Shown here: positions 56,020 to 64,000 of the stretch, piece after piece
How the letters are laid out: every line of letters begins with the position of its first letter
Numbering within the stretch: position 1 is the stretch's first letter
Virus record (IMG/VR): IMGVR_UViG_3300005613_000015
Span: 37,675 to 101,674 of that record
Length of the DNA stretch: 64,000 nucleotides
DNA from: a virus
Strand: one strand, 5' to 3'
Made by a program: the position numbers and the translations under genes
The notes under the pieces: model-generated
What the model was told of the DNA's origin: nothing
Databases searched by the model: none
The model's input: only the letters and a program-made list of their open reading frames with translations

Positions 56020-56048
56020 TTGACCTGGGGGCGGTTCTGTGGTATAAT
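56020..56048 (+). promoter_or_regulatory. Strong sigma70 early promoter
   Basis: TTGACC-N17-TATAAT with extended -10 (TGTGG). Confidence 0.85.
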
Positions 56049-56107
56049 ACGGCTTCCCTTCGGGGGATTCTACTTCTTCCCTGTTCCCTGCGCTGGAGGC
56101 GCGACCT

Positions 56108-56923
56108 ATGTTTGTAATCGACGAAACCAAAAAGGAAATGCTCACCGCCCTTATTCAGTCTGGTAAGAACTGTCTTCTTACTGGTGCGACTGGATGCGGT
56201 AAAACTACTCTTTGCTTTGAGATTGCTAAAGAGCTTGGCATGAACCCTGTTGTTATCAACATGGGTTCGACGCAAGATGCCCGTACTTCGCTTGTCGGGT
56301 ATCATGTTCTTGAGAACGGCAATACCCGTTTCCAAGTTTCCGATTTCATCAACGCGATTCAGACGCCTAACACGCTCATCATTCTTGACGAGCTTTCTCG
56401 CGCTTCTGATGATGCGTTCAACATCGTGTTCCCGCTTCTCGATTTCCGCAAGGACATTCGTGTTGAGGAGCTTTCCAATGGTAACGGTGAGACGATTCAT
56501 GTTGACCCGACTGTGCGTTTTGTCGCTACGGCAAACATCGGTCTGGATTACTCGTCTGCCCGTTCGCTTGACCGCGCTCTGAAAGACCGCTTTATTCCTT
56601 TCCACCTCGACTACATTCCTGGCAAGGAACTCAAGAAGTATATCACCGCTCTGTATGATGGTGAAACCTCGAAAGCGGTGAAACCCCTTCTTGATGTTTA
56701 CGATTACTCGCACCAACAATACAAGGAGAGCAAGATTTCTTCTATGATTTCTACTCGTATGGTTCTTGAGTGTGTTCCGCTTCTCAAGCAGTTCCCGCTC
56801 AAAGCTATTCTGAACAATGTTCTTCTGTCCATGTACGAAGAGGATTCGTGCAGCATTGTGAATGATGCGAACATCATTCGTGAGTACGCCGATTCGCTTG
56901 GTCTGTTCGAGGTGAAACCGTGA
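56108..56923 (+). CDS. MoxR/CbbQ/CobS-type AAA+ ATPase
   Basis: Motifs LLTGATGCGKT, IILDELSR, FVATANIG..Y and LDRALKDRF. Confidence 0.9.
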   Translation: MFVIDETKKEMLTALIQSGKNCLLTGATGCGKTTLCFEIAKELGMNPVVINMGSTQDARTSLVGYHVLENGNTRFQVSDFINAIQTPNTLIILDELSRASDDAFNIVFPLLDFRKDIRVEELSNGNGETIHVDPTVRFVATANIGLDYSSARSLDRALKDRFIPFHLDYIPGKELKKYITALYDGETSKAVKPLLDVYDYSHQQYKESKISSMISTRMVLECVPLLKQFPLKAILNNVLLSMYEEDSCSIVNDANIIREYADSLGLFEVKP

Positions 56924-57108
56924 TGAAAAAGCAAACCTACGCTATCATGGTTCTTTCTGATGGAGAAACCTACACCGCTGCTAAAGATTGTGAGATTCTC
57001 ATTCTGAACGATGAGGGTATGGACCTTCTCGAAGAGGGAGGAAGCCCTTTGGACCTTCTCGAAGAACACCTTGTTCATACTATCAAGTTTGACGCATACG
57101 ATGACTGA
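56920..57108 (+). CDS. Small hypothetical protein
   Basis: 62 aa ORF overlapping both neighbours. Confidence 0.5.
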   Translation: MMKKQTYAIMVLSDGETYTAAKDCEILILNDEGMDLLEEGGSPLDLLEEHLVHTIKFDAYDD

Positions 57109-58423
57109 TAAGATTGAGATTGATGCGGAATACATGAACCGCTGGCTTGGAGAAAATAGTTCTATTCAAACGCTTTCTCCGAAGACTATGTACGATGTCC
57201 AGGCGCTACTTGAGTATTATCGTGATATTATTGTTCCTGGGTCTAAGGTTTCCATTTCCTTTCCTGTAGAAAAGGGTAACACTTCTCCGCGTGCTTCTAT
57301 CGAGCATAACGAAGTTATCATTCCCTTGTACCTGCTACAAGAAGGACGGGTTGACCATACCATCGGTGCGATGATTCACGAACTGCACCACATCAAACTT
57401 AGTCCTAGTGAGCGGTTTATCCAAAACACCGCTTTCAGGTTTCTGCGTGGATTGATGGAGAATATCGAGTGTGGAGGAATGTCTCTTGCAGAGCGTGTCT
57501 TCTCTGATTCTAGCGTCTCTCGCAAGGTTATCTTTTCCGACGAGCAGAATGTAAGTAACGATGTTCTCTTTCTTCGTCAGGCGATTAGCGATTTGCTTTT
57601 CCTGATGAACGCTGTTGAGGATGTTCGTATTGATGCAAACACTCCTCCGAACCTGCGAAAGTATATCGACAAGGTTGATGCTTCTGCTAGGGAAAGGTTG
57701 AAAGAAATGTTCGAAGATGGTAGTTTGGATATGGAAGACCTTTCTTCTATTGGACTGCTGCTTCTTGGACATCACAAAGGTATGTTCGAGTCTGAGTTTG
57801 TCGCAGAACGATTCGGTGATATCGACCGTATCGTAAATGGCGACCCGCTCTCTCTGTCGAAGGAACTCTTCATCGCGTTCCAGAAAGAGATTGCTGCTCA
57901 TGTTCGAGAACTTTACTTCAAGTATTGTGGAGTTCCTAAAAGCACTAACACGCAATCCGGTTTGGATGTTAGCTTTGACCTAGATGCCTACTTCGGTAGT
58001 AAGGTTCAAGGTACTGTCGGTGAGGGTATTGAGAACGAGTTTTCTTCAATGCCTGTTGCGGAATCGCAAGATACGCAAGATGCGATGTCGGAAGACCATG
58101 CGCTGTCTTCTGATTCCGAAGAGCTGAAAGAGCTTGGCAAACAAGCGGCAAAAGCACTTCAAGAAGCTGATGCCGAGAAAGCTGATGTAACTCCCACCAA
58201 ACCGATTTCTGTTGCTGGGGATGTTACGAACAAAAATCCAATGTCCGCTGCGGAGGCTTACCGTATTGAGATTGAAGATAAGAAAAAAGATGTTTTCATG
58301 GACACTGCTACCTCGATGCAGGTAAAATCGTTCCGAGATGTTCAGGTTTTCACCGCTACTGAACACTTCAATGATAACAAAGTGGTGTTCGATGCTGTTC
58401 TCTACGATACCGTAAACCAGTAA
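57101..58423 (+). CDS. HEXXH metallopeptidase-like protein (N-terminal half of a CobT-like MoxR partner)
   Basis: IHELHHI...LMNAVEDVRID followed by an acidic low-complexity linker. Likely start is ATG 57101. Confidence 0.7.
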   Translation: MTDKIEIDAEYMNRWLGENSSIQTLSPKTMYDVQALLEYYRDIIVPGSKVSISFPVEKGNTSPRASIEHNEVIIPLYLLQEGRVDHTIGAMIHELHHIKLSPSERFIQNTAFRFLRGLMENIECGGMSLAERVFSDSSVSRKVIFSDEQNVSNDVLFLRQAISDLLFLMNAVEDVRIDANTPPNLRKYIDKVDASARERLKEMFEDGSLDMEDLSSIGLLLLGHHKGMFESEFVAERFGDIDRIVNGDPLSLSKELFIAFQKEIAAHVRELYFKYCGVPKSTNTQSGLDVSFDLDAYFGSKVQGTVGEGIENEFSSMPVAESQDTQDAMSEDHALSSDSEELKELGKQAAKALQEADAEKADVTPTKPISVAGDVTNKNPMSAAEAYRIEIEDKKKDVFMDTATSMQVKSFRDVQVFTATEHFNDNKVVFDAVLYDTVNQ

Positions 58424-58436
58424 CCAACCTATACAG

Positions 58437-59135
58437 ATGAAACTTTACTACATTCAACATCCTCTTACCGAACTCAACAACCTTTCTGACGATGTTTGTG
58501 CAACCTTTACTGACGACCAGATTTCGGAATATTCTTCTCTGTACGATGAGTATTTGACGGTACAACGAAAAGCAGCAAGTGACGGTGTAGATATTGCGAA
58601 CCAGCTTCGTGACCTTATCCGAAAGCTATTCAATGACCCGAATAGTCCGTACAGCACTTCGAAGCAGTCGAAATACTTTGAGCGTATGATTCGAAACGGC
58701 GAAACCATTGTCGATATTCACTCTCGCCGTTATCCGAAACCGTCTGCTGTTCGTACACGCATCGAAGCTGCTCGTGAGCGGTTTCCTGCCACTACGGATT
58801 CGTCTCCGACGCACAGCCAAGAGACTCTACAGGAAATCAACAATGCCGTTGCGTATCTTCTTGAGCAGGGCATGGAACTCAATCGAGACTTTACTGTGTC
58901 TAACGCTCTTGCAGTTGCTAGTGTGTTTGCGGAAACTAAACTAGTTGAGTTCGGTGCTAAAAAGTCCCAGGTCGAAGGGTTCGATATGATGATTGAAGGC
59001 GTCCCTCGCCCGATTTCTCGACTGGAAGTGTTTGGAACTACTTACTATGTTCACGGAGACGATTTCATTTCAGAACGGATTCTTAAGCTCAACATTTCAT
59101 TCAAGCAAGGTAAGACCCCTACCCTTCTCAAGTAA
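58437..59135 (+). CDS. Hypothetical protein
   Basis: 232 aa ORF, TAATG-coupled to the vWA gene. Confidence 0.6.
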   Translation: MKLYYIQHPLTELNNLSDDVCATFTDDQISEYSSLYDEYLTVQRKAASDGVDIANQLRDLIRKLFNDPNSPYSTSKQSKYFERMIRNGETIVDIHSRRYPKPSAVRTRIEAARERFPATTDSSPTHSQETLQEINNAVAYLLEQGMELNRDFTVSNALAVASVFAETKLVEFGAKKSQVEGFDMMIEGVPRPISRLEVFGTTYYVHGDDFISERILKLNISFKQGKTPTLLK

Positions 59136-60046
59136 TGACTCAGCCTAGCTACACTTTCTCTAGCCAACACCTATTTCACGAAACCGCTGTTGGTCTAACT
59201 ACGCACTACCGCGACTTCATGTATGAGAAGTTTCGTCGGCACATCACGCTTCTTCTCGAACAGAAGAAGAGCCGCAAAGTTCCTTCGCGTAAAGGACTGC
59301 TGAATCCTCGCCATCTTCACCGATACCAGTATTCTGATAACATCTTTGAGAAGACTATTCGTACCACGACTACCGACACTACGATTGTATTTCTCATTGA
59401 CGGTTCTGGTAGTATGGATGCCAAGGTAAGCACTCCGCTCGGAACCGAAATCTCTGCGATGCGAATGTGTGGTGCAGTAGCCTCTGCTTTTGCAAAAGCT
59501 AATGCTACGGTTCTAAAAAATAGTCTACCCCTTGAAGTGTTTGTAAAGTCCGCTCCTCCTGTTGAGAGTTTGGATGCTACAGGAACGAATAACGGTGGTA
59601 TGGTTACTCTCACTCGCGTATTCTCTTCGAACGCAAAGAAGCAAGACTACAACCGTTTGTGTACGCTCAGACCTTACTCTCCTCTGGTAAGTAGTGAGGG
59701 TCGTCTAGTTGGTAGTTTTACTTCTGAGTATGCTGTTCTTCCCGCTCTAAGCAAGTGGATGAAGAAGAATATTCGAACCAAACAGTGTATTGTCTTCAAC
59801 CTTACTGATGGTGAGACTTACTGCCTGGTTGGCAATCAGTATCAGTTCCGAAATAGAGATACGAAAGCTATGCGTATGAAATACCTTCGTGGGATTCCGA
59901 ATGTTACTCTAATGATTGATTCAAACTACGGTTATGGGGGTTCAAACATGGAGTCTCTTCGTGATACTTACGGAGACAATATGTTGCTTGCTTCTGAGGA
60001 CTTCACGGGCGCACTCTTCCGTGTTTTTGCGGGGTTCTTGAACTGA
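59135..60046 (+). CDS. von Willebrand factor A domain protein (CobT C-terminal-like)
   Basis: G.LNP..LHRY.YSDNIF, MIDAS VFLIDGSGSM and LTDGE. Confidence 0.85.
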   Translation: MTQPSYTFSSQHLFHETAVGLTTHYRDFMYEKFRRHITLLLEQKKSRKVPSRKGLLNPRHLHRYQYSDNIFEKTIRTTTTDTTIVFLIDGSGSMDAKVSTPLGTEISAMRMCGAVASAFAKANATVLKNSLPLEVFVKSAPPVESLDATGTNNGGMVTLTRVFSSNAKKQDYNRLCTLRPYSPLVSSEGRLVGSFTSEYAVLPALSKWMKKNIRTKQCIVFNLTDGETYCLVGNQYQFRNRDTKAMRMKYLRGIPNVTLMIDSNYGYGGSNMESLRDTYGDNMLLASEDFTGALFRVFAGFLN

Positions 60047-60630
60047 TGCTTACTAACGACCAATGGAAAAAGATTCAGTCCAAATACAAACGACTAATGT
60101 ACGCAATCGCTCACCGCATTGGAGGTGATAAGGTCGCACATGACTTTGATGATTCGCAGCAAGACCTTTCGATTATTGCGATGGATGCTGTGGATGCGTA
60201 TGCTCGTAAGACTGGAAAAGAGTTTGACGAGTTCTTTGGCACCGTAGAGTTTGATAAGTATATCAAGACCTGTCTGTGGAACAAGAAGAACAATACAGGT
60301 AACAAAATCAAGAAGAAATACGGTGTTCGAAACTGTGTTTCTCTCTCTGAAAACCCTGAAATGTTCTCCACGCAAACGGGAACTACTTACGGTAGCAACT
60401 CGTTGGAGGTAGAAGCTCATTCGCTATCCGCGTTTGACGATGCTCCGCTCGATACTCTGTCCCGCCGTGTTGTAGATGCGGTAGCTGATGATATGCGAAT
60501 CATCAAGCCTGATGGTTCTCTCAATGTTTCAAAACTAGCGCGTATTCTTGATACGCCTAAAGCAGAAGTTCGCAACGCAATCGACCGCCTCAAGTTTCAA
60601 CTACAGGATTATAACGATGAAAGTCTCTAA
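60046..60630 (+). CDS. Phage-encoded sigma70/ECF-like sigma factor
   Basis: Region 2-like YKRLMYAIAHR...DDSQQDL.IIAMDAV..Y.....F.KYI...LWN, and a C-terminal HTH NVSKLARILDTPKAEVRNAIDRLK. Confidence 0.65.
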   Translation: MLTNDQWKKIQSKYKRLMYAIAHRIGGDKVAHDFDDSQQDLSIIAMDAVDAYARKTGKEFDEFFGTVEFDKYIKTCLWNKKNNTGNKIKKKYGVRNCVSLSENPEMFSTQTGTTYGSNSLEVEAHSLSAFDDAPLDTLSRRVVDAVADDMRIIKPDGSLNVSKLARILDTPKAEVRNAIDRLKFQLQDYNDESL

Positions 60631-61183
60631 AAATCTTCCCCCCATTTTCGCATACAACATTGTTAAGGCGCTGTCTGTGATTTCCACTTATGTAAAGTCT
60701 TTGTGGCCGGAAAAAGGGGATGCGTGTGGCACGATTCTAGCTGCGTTCAAGGATTCGGGAATGGACCTCCGACCTCCCATGTCGGGTTTTGTTGCGATTT
60801 TCAACAATCCCGAAAAGCGTGTAAAGTATAACAGCACCAACGGTTTGAGCTTTGTTATTTCTACGGGTCTGATTCGCGCTGCTCTCAATGAGTACATTCT
60901 TTGCTGTAGTGTTGAACGTCGTGATTTCGTTGCCGGGTTTGTTGTTCTTGATATGCTGCGCTACTTAGAAGAAACCAACTTGAATGTTATTGAGTTTACT
61001 CTCGGTGCGCCTCTAGTGTCTCGGCGTTTCCATGAGTACGATAAACAGCCTGTACAGTTCCCTCTTTGTGACCGTTACCAAGAACATTCTTGGAATACTG
61101 TGCTAAAAACTACCTATCCAAGCTATGATACTAGTGCAGACGCCCTTAAAACCATTTTTCAAGCAGAATACAACATTCTATGA
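60617..61183 (+). CDS. Hypothetical protein
   Basis: Likely start is ATG 60617. Confidence 0.55.
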   Translation: MKVSKNLPPIFAYNIVKALSVISTYVKSLWPEKGDACGTILAAFKDSGMDLRPPMSGFVAIFNNPEKRVKYNSTNGLSFVISTGLIRAALNEYILCCSVERRDFVAGFVVLDMLRYLEETNLNVIEFTLGAPLVSRRFHEYDKQPVQFPLCDRYQEHSWNTVLKTTYPSYDTSADALKTIFQAEYNIL

Positions 61184-61428
61184 AAGAACAAGACGATTAC
61201 GAAGCAATCAATCACCCTGCACATTACAACATCGGAATCGAAACCACGGAGTATATTCAGTCTTGGGGAATGTCTTTTGTTGAAGGTAACATCATCAAGT
61301 ATGTGTCTCGATACAAATGGAAACGTGGTCTTCAAGACCTGAAAAAAGCCCAATGGTATCTCAACTACCTGATTTCCAAAGTTCAATCTGAGTCTTCCGA
61401 GACTAAAAAAGAGGAAGATTATAGTTGA
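61180..61428 (+). CDS. DUF3310 (SaV / T7 gp1.7-like) protein
   Basis: INHPAHY...IE..EYI....F..GNIIKY..RY..K.G.QDLKKA.WYL. Confidence 0.85.
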   Translation: MKEQDDYEAINHPAHYNIGIETTEYIQSWGMSFVEGNIIKYVSRYKWKRGLQDLKKAQWYLNYLISKVQSESSETKKEEDYS

Positions 61429-61453
61429 CGCACGGCGTCCTTTATGGTATAAT
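61425..61453 (+). promoter_or_regulatory. sigma70 early promoter
   Basis: TTGACG-N17-TATAAT with TG extension, and the ATG 6 nt downstream. Confidence 0.85.
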
Positions 61454-61459
61454 GACGGC

Positions 61460-61993
61460 ATGAATATTTTTGCAATCGAGAATGATGTCCAAGGCAACAT
61501 CGACTGGTATCAGTCTGCTTTGTCGCACGACAACTTCCGCGTCAACAAAATGATTATCGAATCATGCCAAATGCTCTCTACCAATGCACAGTTGATGGGT
61601 GAGACTACGCGATACCGTATGTCGTTTCAGAATCACCCATCAACTATATGGTCCCGAGAGTCTTCTACCAACTTCCGCGACCTTGTAACGCTCGCTAAGT
61701 CTTTGCGCGATGAGTTTTGTCGTCGGTACAACCGCGATAAGCACGGCTGCGATGATGTAATCGAGCAGATGCAAACTCTCATCACTACTCCGTCGTTCGT
61801 CAATCGCTTTTCCCAGCACACACCTACGCAGCTTCCTCTGTGTATGCCTGACGAATATAAGACTGCTAGTGTTGTCGAGTCTTACCGTAACTACTTTGCC
61901 AACAAACCTAACTTGCGTTACTTTGTTGGACAAGTCCCTGAATGGGTTTCGCAGTACCGTACTGTTGATACTCCGATTGCTATTCAAGAATGA
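61460..61993 (+). CDS. Pyrimidine-dimer DNA glycosylase-like (DenV/Pyr_excise family)
   Basis: MNIF...KMIIESCQMLS...NHPSTIW.RES...EF..RY...H...CMPDEYK...V.SYRNY. Confidence 0.7.
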   Translation: MNIFAIENDVQGNIDWYQSALSHDNFRVNKMIIESCQMLSTNAQLMGETTRYRMSFQNHPSTIWSRESSTNFRDLVTLAKSLRDEFCRRYNRDKHGCDDVIEQMQTLITTPSFVNRFSQHTPTQLPLCMPDEYKTASVVESYRNYFANKPNLRYFVGQVPEWVSQYRTVDTPIAIQE

Positions 61994-62340
61994 TTGAACA
62001 CGCAAAGAAGGCGGCTCGAAATGGCCACGGCAAGTTTCGTCTTGGCGCGGCTATTTACGACAAGAAAGGAAAGCTGATTTCGGTCGGCTGGAATAAACCA
62101 AAGACGCACCCGAAGTATGGTTCTCATCTTTTCAATAAGATTCATGCGGAAGGTGATGCGCTCATCAAAGCACTCAGGAAGACCAAGACTTTGAAAGGCG
62201 CTTACATTGTTGTCTATCGGCATCGTGGGAACATGGCAAAGCCTTGTCCGTGCTGCGAGAATATGCTGCGCGAAGCAGGGATTGAGCGTGTTTACTATAC
62301 CGATGGAAAAGATAATCTACAGCAAATGAGGTTAAACTAA
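61990..62340 (+). CDS. Second Zn-dependent cytidine/dCMP deaminase-like protein
   Basis: Motifs LGAAI, GWNK, IHAE and AKPCPCC....GI.RVYY. Confidence 0.8.
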   Translation: MIEHAKKAARNGHGKFRLGAAIYDKKGKLISVGWNKPKTHPKYGSHLFNKIHAEGDALIKALRKTKTLKGAYIVVYRHRGNMAKPCPCCENMLREAGIERVYYTDGKDNLQQMRLN

Positions 62341-62525
62341 TGCCCCAAAGAACCAAGTTCCGTAACCACAAATCATTCTCGTCCCAGAAAGATGCACAAG
62401 ACTTTCTGGAAAAGCTGCAAGCCGCAAACCCCCACATCGTTTACAACATCAAAAAGCGAGAGTTTCCTGGCAAGATAAAGGTCCGCTTTATGGTGCGTAG
62501 CATTGTAAAAAGGGGGTTCAAGTGA
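62340..62525 (+). CDS. Small basic hypothetical protein
   Basis: Coupled ORF in the early operon. Confidence 0.5.
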   Translation: MPQRTKFRNHKSFSSQKDAQDFLEKLQAANPHIVYNIKKREFPGKIKVRFMVRSIVKRGFK

Positions 62526-62848
62526 AGCTGAAAGACGCAGTTCGTTTCGCCTATCAGTTCATCGAGAAGGAGATTGATATTCTCGAAACAACGCTTCCCG
62601 ACAATGAATGGGGGGATTCTAAACTCAACCCCCTGTACGATACAAAAGACAGGCTTTTGAAGTTCCTTGCTGCTGAGTATTGGACTCCAGAGGTGGTTCA
62701 ATGTCTCTCCTCTGCTGCTGATTACCTACAAGCAGCTATGGACAATGAAGACATCTCAAAACAAGTGCCTGACTGGTTTCTTCCCGCACAGAACTCTGTG
62801 CAATCTCTCCGCAAACACGCTTTCCAAGCACAACACTACTTTGATTGA
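62522..62848 (+). CDS. Hypothetical protein
   Basis: Coupled ORF. Confidence 0.55.
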   Translation: MKLKDAVRFAYQFIEKEIDILETTLPDNEWGDSKLNPLYDTKDRLLKFLAAEYWTPEVVQCLSSAADYLQAAMDNEDISKQVPDWFLPAQNSVQSLRKHAFQAQHYFD

Positions 62849-62849
62849 T

Positions 62850-63089
62850 ATGAATAAATACATCGTTTGTAAAAAAGTTTTCGCCACCGAGCTTATCTGG
62901 GTTGAAGCAGACTCGAAAGAAGAAGCAGTCAACCTCGTTTCAGAAGGTGACGGTGTTCCCGCCCGACTTGAGTTTGAGTGGGATGGAGATATGCCGCCGC
63001 ACTTTTGGACTGCCCATGAAGTAGAAATCACGGGCGAGGATGTTCAAAGTCTTCAAAAATACACCACGGCTCTTGCTTTCGAGGAGTAA
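62850..63089 (+). CDS. Hypothetical protein
   Basis: Likely start is ATG 62850. Contains a VEADSKEEA motif common in small early phage proteins. Confidence 0.55.
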   Translation: MNKYIVCKKVFATELIWVEADSKEEAVNLVSEGDGVPARLEFEWDGDMPPHFWTAHEVEITGEDVQSLQKYTTALAFEE

Positions 63090-63091
63090 CC

Positions 63092-63412
63092 ATGTCTGAT
63101 ATTCGTAAATACCAAGTAATTATTCCAGTCACCACTTACGAGAAGCGTACCGTCTATGCTCGCAGCGAATGGCAAGCGAAAGAACTCGCTTCCGTAGAAG
63201 CTCCTGAGAACGCCTCCTATAGCTGTGACTGGATGGTAAGTGAGGTTGTGGAGCAGAACACTCCCGAGCGTCAGAAAGTCTACTACACGCCACTACAGAA
63301 CATTCCTGGCAAGCTGGCGCACCTTCGACTGGAAGACGCCATTCGATTTGCTAAACTCAACAACACGATTGTTCTTGACGAAGAAGGATATGTGATTGAA
63401 TATGAAGATTGA
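63092..63412 (+). CDS. Hypothetical protein
   Basis: SD GAGGAG upstream. VYARSEWQAKELA resembles the preceding gene. Confidence 0.55.
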   Translation: MSDIRKYQVIIPVTTYEKRTVYARSEWQAKELASVEAPENASYSCDWMVSEVVEQNTPERQKVYYTPLQNIPGKLAHLRLEDAIRFAKLNNTIVLDEEGYVIEYED

Positions 63413-63587
63413 ACTAAACAAAGACCAGTACGACCGTCTCGTTTGTTGGATGGCAGACTACGAAGCACCTGAGCTACTTGAGGAGAGCTTTCCCGATATG
63501 CCAGACTACAGAGACTTTCTTCTGGAAGAAGCCTTTGAACTGTTCCACGGAATGTATCAGAACACTTATGAAGTTACTAAAGATTGA
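63396..63587 (+). CDS. Hypothetical protein
   Basis: Overlapping small ORF in the early operon. Confidence 0.45.
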   Translation: MNMKIELNKDQYDRLVCWMADYEAPELLEESFPDMPDYRDFLLEEAFELFHGMYQNTYEVTKD

Positions 63588-63750
63588 CGCGAACGACTGC
63601 CGAATCAGCATGACGCTACCCGAGATTGAGATGCTCAAGAATGGTCTGTTCTATCTTTCTCATATCACGAACAACGCCTTTTCAGATGAAGCCCTGCAAG
63701 AAGCAGCTAACTTTCTGAAAGACGCTGAACGACAGATTAGAAACCTATAG
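63568..63750 (+). CDS. Hypothetical protein
   Basis: Likely start is the ATG of MKLLKID within ORF 63478..63750. Confidence 0.45.
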   Translation: MKLLKIDANDCRISMTLPEIEMLKNGLFYLSHITNNAFSDEALQEAANFLKDAERQIRNL

Positions 63751-63751
63751 C

Positions 63752-64000
63752 ATGATGAATAAACAAGAAGTTATCAAAAGCCTTGAAGCCTTTATCGAGG
63801 CTTTGAAGGCTGAGGAGCAAGAAGAGGTTACTACCTTTGATTTCGGTAATGGACCTGTTCCTGCTCATCGACATAAGAACCCTGATGGTTCTCTTGGTGG
63901 TTGGGTAGCTAATACTGCTACTGTTGCTGATACTGCCTACATTGGGGAAAATGCCAAGGTGTTTGGTGATGCTGGGGTGTATGGTCATGCCAAGGTGTCT
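63752..64000 (+). CDS. Hexapeptide-repeat (left-handed beta-helix) protein, 3'-truncated
   Basis: Own translation: MMNKQEV...FDFGNGPVPAHRHKNPDGSLGGWVANTATVADTAYIGENAKVFGDAGVYGHAKVS. Runs off the window edge. Confidence 0.75.
   Translation, partial: MMNKQEVIKSLEAFIEALKAEEQEEVTTFDFGNGPVPAHRHKNPDGSLGGWVANTATVADTAYIGENAKVFGDAGVYGHAKVS

Noticed and set aside
1-64000. Stop-codon reassignment
   Set aside because: Genes are full-length in the standard code, all three stop codons are used, and no suppressor tRNA is present.

Overview
This window is 64 kb of a large lytic myovirus genome with a T4-like virion. It is densely coding and almost all genes are on the + strand. Positions 1-16 kb hold baseplate, tail-fibre and spike-like genes, including two paralogous beta-helix spikes with poly-Thr tracts. 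Positions 16-28.7 kb hold the head and tail module (gp21 protease, gp22-like scaffold, gp23 capsid, gp13/14/15 neck and terminator, gp18 sheath, gp19 tube). Positions 28.7-47 kb cover replication and recombination: Holliday junction resolvase, gp55 late sigma, a family A DNA polymerase split into two genes around a PD-(D/E)XK nuclease, gp47/gp46, dUTPase, DnaB-like helicase, UvsY, gp32-like SSB, a glycosyltransferase/oxygenase/methyltransferase cassette, RecA/UvsX and a Clp-like ATPase. Positions 47-55.9 kb hold small genes, a nuclease, thyX, dCMP deaminase and four intact tRNAs (Ile-UAU, Leu-UAA, Arg-UCU, Thr-UGU). Positions 56-64 kb are an early region under consensus sigma70 promoters (MoxR AAA+, split CobT-like peptidase/vWA, a second sigma-like factor, DenV-like glycosylase and others). 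The most notable observation is a tRNA gene broken into a 5' piece (52274) and a 3' piece (52907) by a ~610 bp cassette. The cassette carries an HNH endonuclease plus a complete, sequence-divergent tRNA-Arg(UCU), which suggests a homing element that replaces the tRNA it destroys. All functional calls come from motif recognition by eye; no database searches were run.
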